NCBI GenBank assembly: GCA_026416845.1
Contig: JAOAEL010000005.1
Span: 229 to 64,228 of the forward strand
Direction: 5' to 3'
DNA from: Patescibacteria group bacterium
GTDB taxonomy: Bacteria; Patescibacteriota; Microgenomatia; UBA8517
DNA length: 64,000 nucleotides
Positions 59,794-64,000 of the stretch are shown here, piece after piece (the first letter of the stretch is position 1; the number at the start of each line of letters is the position of its first letter). The notes beneath the pieces were generated by a model. It was not told the DNA's origin, searched no databases, and saw nothing but the letters and a program-made list of their open reading frames with translations. The translations under genes were made by a program, and so were the position numbers.

Positions 59794-61656
59794 ATGACAA
59801 ACAACTTAATCCAAAATCTAAACAATGAACAAATTCAAGCAGTAACATACGAAGGACAACATCTTCTGGTCCTGGCAGGAGCGGGTAGTGGGAAAACCAA
59901 AGTTCTTACACACCGAGCAGCATGGTTTGTGAGCGAAAAAAAAGTCAATCCAAATAACATCCTCTTGCTTACTTTCACCAACAAAGCCGCTGATGAAATG
60001 AAACAAAGAATTGTCTCAATAGTTGGAACATATCCTTTTTTTGCTGGAACATTCCACTCGTTTTGCGCAAAAGTGCTAAGGAAAAACGGCAGGTTAATTG
60101 GAATATCGCCTAATTTTCTAATCTATGACGAAGACGATCAAAAAGATGCAATAAAAGAAATTTTGGAAAACCTAAAAATTTTAAACGATTCTTACAAACC
60201 AAGTTCAATTGCGACAGCTATATCCGACGCCAAGAATCAAATGATTAAGCCTATTGAATATGCAGAGTTTGCTTATGGAGACTGGCAAGAAACAATCTCC
60301 AAAGTATATTTGGCATATGAAAACTATCTCAAAAACGCAATGGCTTTAGATTTTGACGATCTTTTAATAAAAACTGTTGAACTTTTTGAAAACTACCCTA
60401 ACATATTATCCAAGTGGCAGGAACAATTGACAAACATTTTGATCGATGAATGGCAAGACACAAATAAAATTCAATACAAAATAGTTAAAATTTTGGCAGG
60501 AAATCAAACTAATTTGACAGCAGTAGGCGATCCAAGCCAATCAATTTATAGTTGGAGAGGAGCCGATTATCGCAATATCAACTATCTTATCAAAGATTTT
60601 CCAAGTATAAATATTATCAATCTAGAACAAAACTATAGATCAACAGAAACAATTCTAAAAGCGGCAAACAAAATCATTAAAAAAAACACATCTCACAGGG
60701 TGCTTGAACTCTGGACAAACAAAGGCAAAGGAGAAAAAATAAAAGTTTACTGCGCGACAAATGAACTGGATGAAGCAAAATATATTACAAATCAAATCAG
60801 ACAACTTTCAAAAGAAGGTATAAAATATGGAGAAATTGCAATCCTGTATAGAACAAATGCGCAATCGCGAGTTTTAGAAGAAGCCTTTTTGCACGCTAAT
60901 TTACCATACACTCTAATTGGCGGAATAAGATTTTACTCAAGAAAAGAAATAAAAGATATTCTTTCTTATCTAAGAATTCTGGCAAACGATCAAGATAGCG
61001 TGTCTCAGAAAAGAGTGGAAAAATTAGGCAAAAGAGCTTATCAAAAATTTTTAGCTTACAAAAACCAAAATTTTGAAAAGATAAATCAACTAACAACAAT
61101 ACAACTCCTAGACGATGTTATTTACACAACTAACTATTTATCAAAATTTGCTCGCGACACACAAGAAAACATCCAAAGACTGGAAAACATTAAGGAACTT
61201 AGATCAGTGGCAACAGAGTTTCCAAATCTATTTGATTTCCTCGAAAGTGTTTCTTTAATTGAAGCGCAACAGGAAGCAACAAATTTCGATGAACATCTTT
61301 TGAAAAACAAAGTTAATTTAATGACGCTCCACGCGGCAAAAGGACTTGAATTTGAAGTTGTTTTTATTGTTGGGATGGAAGAAGGAATATTTCCACACTC
61401 AAAATCTATCTTTGACTCAGGAGAGATTGAAGAAGAAAGACGACTTGCGTACGTTGGGATAACACGAGCCAAAAGCAAACTTTATTTATCTTACGCTTTA
61501 AAAAGACTTTTCTTTGGACAAAAGCAATCTAATCCGCCTTCAAGATTTCTTACGGACATCCCCGAAAATCTGCTGGAAAGCATAAATATTACAAACACTA
61601 ACAATTATCAGAATCTAACTAAAACAGAGGACTATTGGGACAGTAATGAATTTTAA
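59794..61656 (+). CDS. UvrD/PcrA/Rep-family DNA helicase (short, 620 aa)
   Basis: LNNEQIQAV, Walker A AGAGSGKTKVLTHR, DEWQDTN (motif II), and VGDPSQSIYSWRGA. Confidence 0.8.
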   Translation: MTNNLIQNLNNEQIQAVTYEGQHLLVLAGAGSGKTKVLTHRAAWFVSEKKVNPNNILLLTFTNKAADEMKQRIVSIVGTYPFFAGTFHSFCAKVLRKNGRLIGISPNFLIYDEDDQKDAIKEILENLKILNDSYKPSSIATAISDAKNQMIKPIEYAEFAYGDWQETISKVYLAYENYLKNAMALDFDDLLIKTVELFENYPNILSKWQEQLTNILIDEWQDTNKIQYKIVKILAGNQTNLTAVGDPSQSIYSWRGADYRNINYLIKDFPSINIINLEQNYRSTETILKAANKIIKKNTSHRVLELWTNKGKGEKIKVYCATNELDEAKYITNQIRQLSKEGIKYGEIAILYRTNAQSRVLEEAFLHANLPYTLIGGIRFYSRKEIKDILSYLRILANDQDSVSQKRVEKLGKRAYQKFLAYKNQNFEKINQLTTIQLLDDVIYTTNYLSKFARDTQENIQRLENIKELRSVATEFPNLFDFLESVSLIEAQQEATNFDEHLLKNKVNLMTLHAAKGLEFEVVFIVGMEEGIFPHSKSIFDSGEIEEERRLAYVGITRAKSKLYLSYALKRLFFGQKQSNPPSRFLTDIPENLLESINITNTNNYQNLTKTEDYWDSNEF

Positions 61657-61719
61657 TTAAAAATAAATATCTAAATAAAATAACCAATAAAAAAATAACT
61701 AAAATTAAAAATTGATTAA

Positions 61720-62700
61720 ATGAAAAATCTAAAAAATTTAAACAAAAACAAATTTAACAAAATTGCAACTCACCCGGTACAATCTTGGGAATGGGGAGAA
61801 TTTAGAAAAAAATGGGGGAATGAAGTAATAAGATTTTCTTTTGGACAAATCACTTTGCACAAAATCCCCTTTACACCATATAAAATCGCAGTTTTTAGCA
61901 AAGGACCAAAACCCACATTAACAATGCTTAGAGAATTAAAAGACTACGCTGTCAAAAACAATGTCATATTTGTAAAACTTGAACCAAATGTAATAAAAAA
62001 TAAAAGCGATATAAAACTTCTAAAAAATTTTGAAGCAGTTCACGGAAAAACACTTTTCACTCCAAGCACTTTTTGGATTGATTTAACTAAATCAGAAGAA
62101 GAATTGCTAAAAAGTTTCCATCCGAAAACTAGATATAACATCAGACTTGCACAAAAAAAAGGAGTACTAGTAAAAGAAGACTCAAGTCAAGATGCCTTCG
62201 AAAAATACTGGGAATTAATGGAGGAAACAACCAAACGGCAAGGATTTTATGCGCACACAAAAAGGTATCACCAACTAATGTGGCAAACACTTAGTCAAGC
62301 AGGCATTGCTCATTTGCTAACTGCTACTTATAAAAAAGAAATAATAGCCGCTTGGATTTTGTTTGTTTGGAAAGATTTTCTATACTATCCATACGGCGCA
62401 TCAAGCGAAAAGCACAAAAACGCAATGGCATCAAATCTGATGATGTGGGAAGCAATCAGATACGGTAAAAAATTGGGTCTAAAAAAATTTGATCTTTGGG
62501 GAAAAGAAGAAGGTAAAGGATTTACAAAATTTAAAGAAGGTTACAATCCACAAGTGGTAGAATTCATAGGAACATGGGACTTGCCAACATCTTGGCTTTA
62601 CATGCCATATACGATTGCAGAAAAGATAAGATGGTGGATATTAAAGATATTAAAGAAAAGTAGTTTTAAAAAATCAATTTTCCAGCAAGTTAAAATTTGA
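61720..62700 (+). CDS. FemAB-family aminoacyl-tRNA-dependent peptidoglycan peptidyltransferase (paralog 1)
   Basis: QSWEWGEF N-terminus. TRYNIRLAQKKGVLVKE. C-terminal GAS..H...SNLMMWEAIRYGKKLGLKKFDLWG...GFTKFKEGY block. Confidence 0.65.
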   Translation: MKNLKNLNKNKFNKIATHPVQSWEWGEFRKKWGNEVIRFSFGQITLHKIPFTPYKIAVFSKGPKPTLTMLRELKDYAVKNNVIFVKLEPNVIKNKSDIKLLKNFEAVHGKTLFTPSTFWIDLTKSEEELLKSFHPKTRYNIRLAQKKGVLVKEDSSQDAFEKYWELMEETTKRQGFYAHTKRYHQLMWQTLSQAGIAHLLTATYKKEIIAAWILFVWKDFLYYPYGASSEKHKNAMASNLMMWEAIRYGKKLGLKKFDLWGKEEGKGFTKFKEGYNPQVVEFIGTWDLPTSWLYMPYTIAEKIRWWILKILKKSSFKKSIFQQVKI

Positions 62701-62707
62701 AAATAGA

Positions 62708-63565
62708 ATGTTGCAAATGGATCTTAGACAAACAAAAGAATACGCACAATATATTAAAGCACTTGGTTGGGAAATCAAAAAAATAAACAAAATTAAAATC
62801 TACCTACGTAAAATTTTAATTGCAAAGATAATGAAAATACAAAGACCAAAAAAAATTAAACAAAAAGATATTAAATTAATTGAATCCATTGCAAAAAAAG
62901 AAAAAGCATTCCAAATAATCATAGAGCCTTCAGAATTTTCCGATGTGCCAATTCTAATGAAACATGGTTATAAACAAACACATCCTTTTGTGCCATCTAA
63001 AACCATAGAAATTGATGTCAAAAAATCGGAACAAGAACTCCTAAAAGAAATGTCCCAAAAAACACGCTATAACATAAAAATTGCAATAAGAAATGGAGTC
63101 AAAGTAGAAAATTCAAAGAACATCAAAGATTTTGTGAGTTTTTGGAACAAATGCTCAATAGCAAGAAAAAATTTCCCACAAACTAAAGAAATAAACGCAT
63201 TGTATAATTCTTTTAGAAACAATGCCACTATACTTTTCGCTTATCAAAATTCAATTAATAAAAATACTGACGAAAAAACAAAAATAATTGCGGCGGTATT
63301 GTTAATTCACAGCAAAAACATTTCATATTACATGTATGCGGCTTCCTCTAAAAAAGGGAAAAAACTATTTGCTCCAACTCTTTTGGTTTGGGAGGCGATA
63401 AAAATATCTAAAAAGAGAGGTTGCGAACTTTTTGATTTTGAAGGAATATATGATGAAAGATTTCCATTGCCTGCTTGGCGTGGATTTACAAAATTTAAAT
63501 TGGGATTTGGAGGCAAAATAAAAGAATACCCCGGAGCATTTACCAAACTGAGGATACCTTTATAA
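62708..63565 (+). CDS. FemAB-family protein (paralog 2, shorter)
   Basis: TRYNIKIAIRNGVKVEN. YMYAASSKKGKKLFAPTLLVWEAIKISKKRGCELFDFEG...GFTKFKLGFGG. Confidence 0.6.
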   Translation: MLQMDLRQTKEYAQYIKALGWEIKKINKIKIYLRKILIAKIMKIQRPKKIKQKDIKLIESIAKKEKAFQIIIEPSEFSDVPILMKHGYKQTHPFVPSKTIEIDVKKSEQELLKEMSQKTRYNIKIAIRNGVKVENSKNIKDFVSFWNKCSIARKNFPQTKEINALYNSFRNNATILFAYQNSINKNTDEKTKIIAAVLLIHSKNISYYMYAASSKKGKKLFAPTLLVWEAIKISKKRGCELFDFEGIYDERFPLPAWRGFTKFKLGFGGKIKEYPGAFTKLRIPL

Positions 63566-63652
63566 TTATAATATAAAATAAAATTAACTAATTTTCGTAT
63601 AACAATTTATAATTGTAATCGAGCAATAATAATTTACAAAACGATAAAAAAC

Positions 63653-64000
63653 ATGAAAAGCAAAGCACAGTTAATAAAAGTTATCTTAATTTTGATCGTA
63701 TTGATTTTCATCATTGCTTTTTGTTATTACTTATACTCCAATTCAAAAGCAACACAAAAATATTCAGAAACAAAAAACCTATCACAAGAAAACCAATTCG
63801 GGAAAATAGAAGGCTCTTTAATTCCACCTAAAGATGTTCCTATTATAGAAATGTTAGTATGCGCAAAGGAAATTACAAAACAAACTAGTTACTGCACAGC
63901 GGAATTTATTGAAGATCAAAAGTATAAGAATGGAATTGGGTATGTATTAGAACTTCCAATCGGTAAGTATCATGTTTACTCAATTTATTCTTTAGACAAT
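63653..64000 (+). CDS. hypothetical N-terminally anchored secreted protein (5' part; continues past window end)
   Basis: ATG at 63653, no stop through 64000. MKSKAQLIKVILILIVLIFIIAFCYYLY is a signal anchor. Not in the ORF track because it is open-ended. Confidence 0.4.
   Translation, partial: MKSKAQLIKVILILIVLIFIIAFCYYLYSNSKATQKYSETKNLSQENQFGKIEGSLIPPKDVPIIEMLVCAKEITKQTSYCTAEFIEDQKYKNGIGYVLELPIGKYHVYSIYSLDN

Noticed and set aside
1-64000. Alternative genetic code (UGA=Gly, code 25) as seen in some CPR lineages
   Set aside because: All long conserved genes (rpoB, rpoC, fusA, pnp) are open in the standard code. TGA terminates ORFs, for example at 38386-38388.
1-64000. tRNA, rRNA, CRISPR arrays, IS elements, integrases
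   Set aside because: Intergenic regions are short and AT-rich with no cloverleaf-like GC-rich 70-90 nt blocks. No repeat-spacer periodicity, transposase or recombinase ORFs were recognised.

Overview
This 64 kb window is low-GC (estimated by eye at mid-30s %, not computed) and reads like core chromosome from a small-genome bacterium. Gene content resembles Candidate Phyla Radiation (CPR)/Patescibacteria, a lineage inference only: a short IF-2, an AlaRS lacking the C-terminal C-Ala domain, a giant alpha-2-macroglobulin-like surface protein, a sortase, FemAB paralogs, and many TM-anchored extracellular proteins. Standard genetic code fits: all conserved genes are uninterrupted and TGA is used as a stop.

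Coordinates 0.1-50.1 kb are almost entirely minus-strand. They carry a contiguous rpoB-rpoC-rpsL-rpsG-fusA-tuf-rpsJ block. They also carry mltG, ruvX, a sortase, alaS, a RodZ-like gene, ftsK, RNase J, a UDG, a Lon-derived AAA+ gene with no protease domain, and rpsO-pnp. A nusA-infB block follows, then a MEMO1-family gene split by a frameshift, a 1731-aa alpha-2-macroglobulin-like protein, and an hrcA-grpE-dnaK-dnaJ operon with a recognisable CIRCE operator and sigma70-like promoter. murJ closes this half.

The strand flips at about 50.1 kb. Plus-strand genes follow: rpsT, a PilN/PilO-like pair, and five uncharacterised membrane or secreted proteins. One of these has a Thr/Pro-repeat stalk and a C-terminal LPDAG+TM tail. 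Two large polytopic membrane proteins, possibly GT-C fold, come next. After a convergent LCP-family gene come a short UvrD-like helicase and two tandem FemAB-family genes.

At the 5' end a processive family-2 glycosyltransferase (GT2) synthase sits divergently beside a secreted CBM+NodB polysaccharide deacetylase, which looks like an exopolysaccharide module.

No rRNA, tRNA, CRISPR array or obvious mobile element was seen. The most system-like unexplained region is the 50.7-58.6 kb surface-assembly cluster together with the LCP and FemAB genes next to it. Nothing here looks like a classic defence island.
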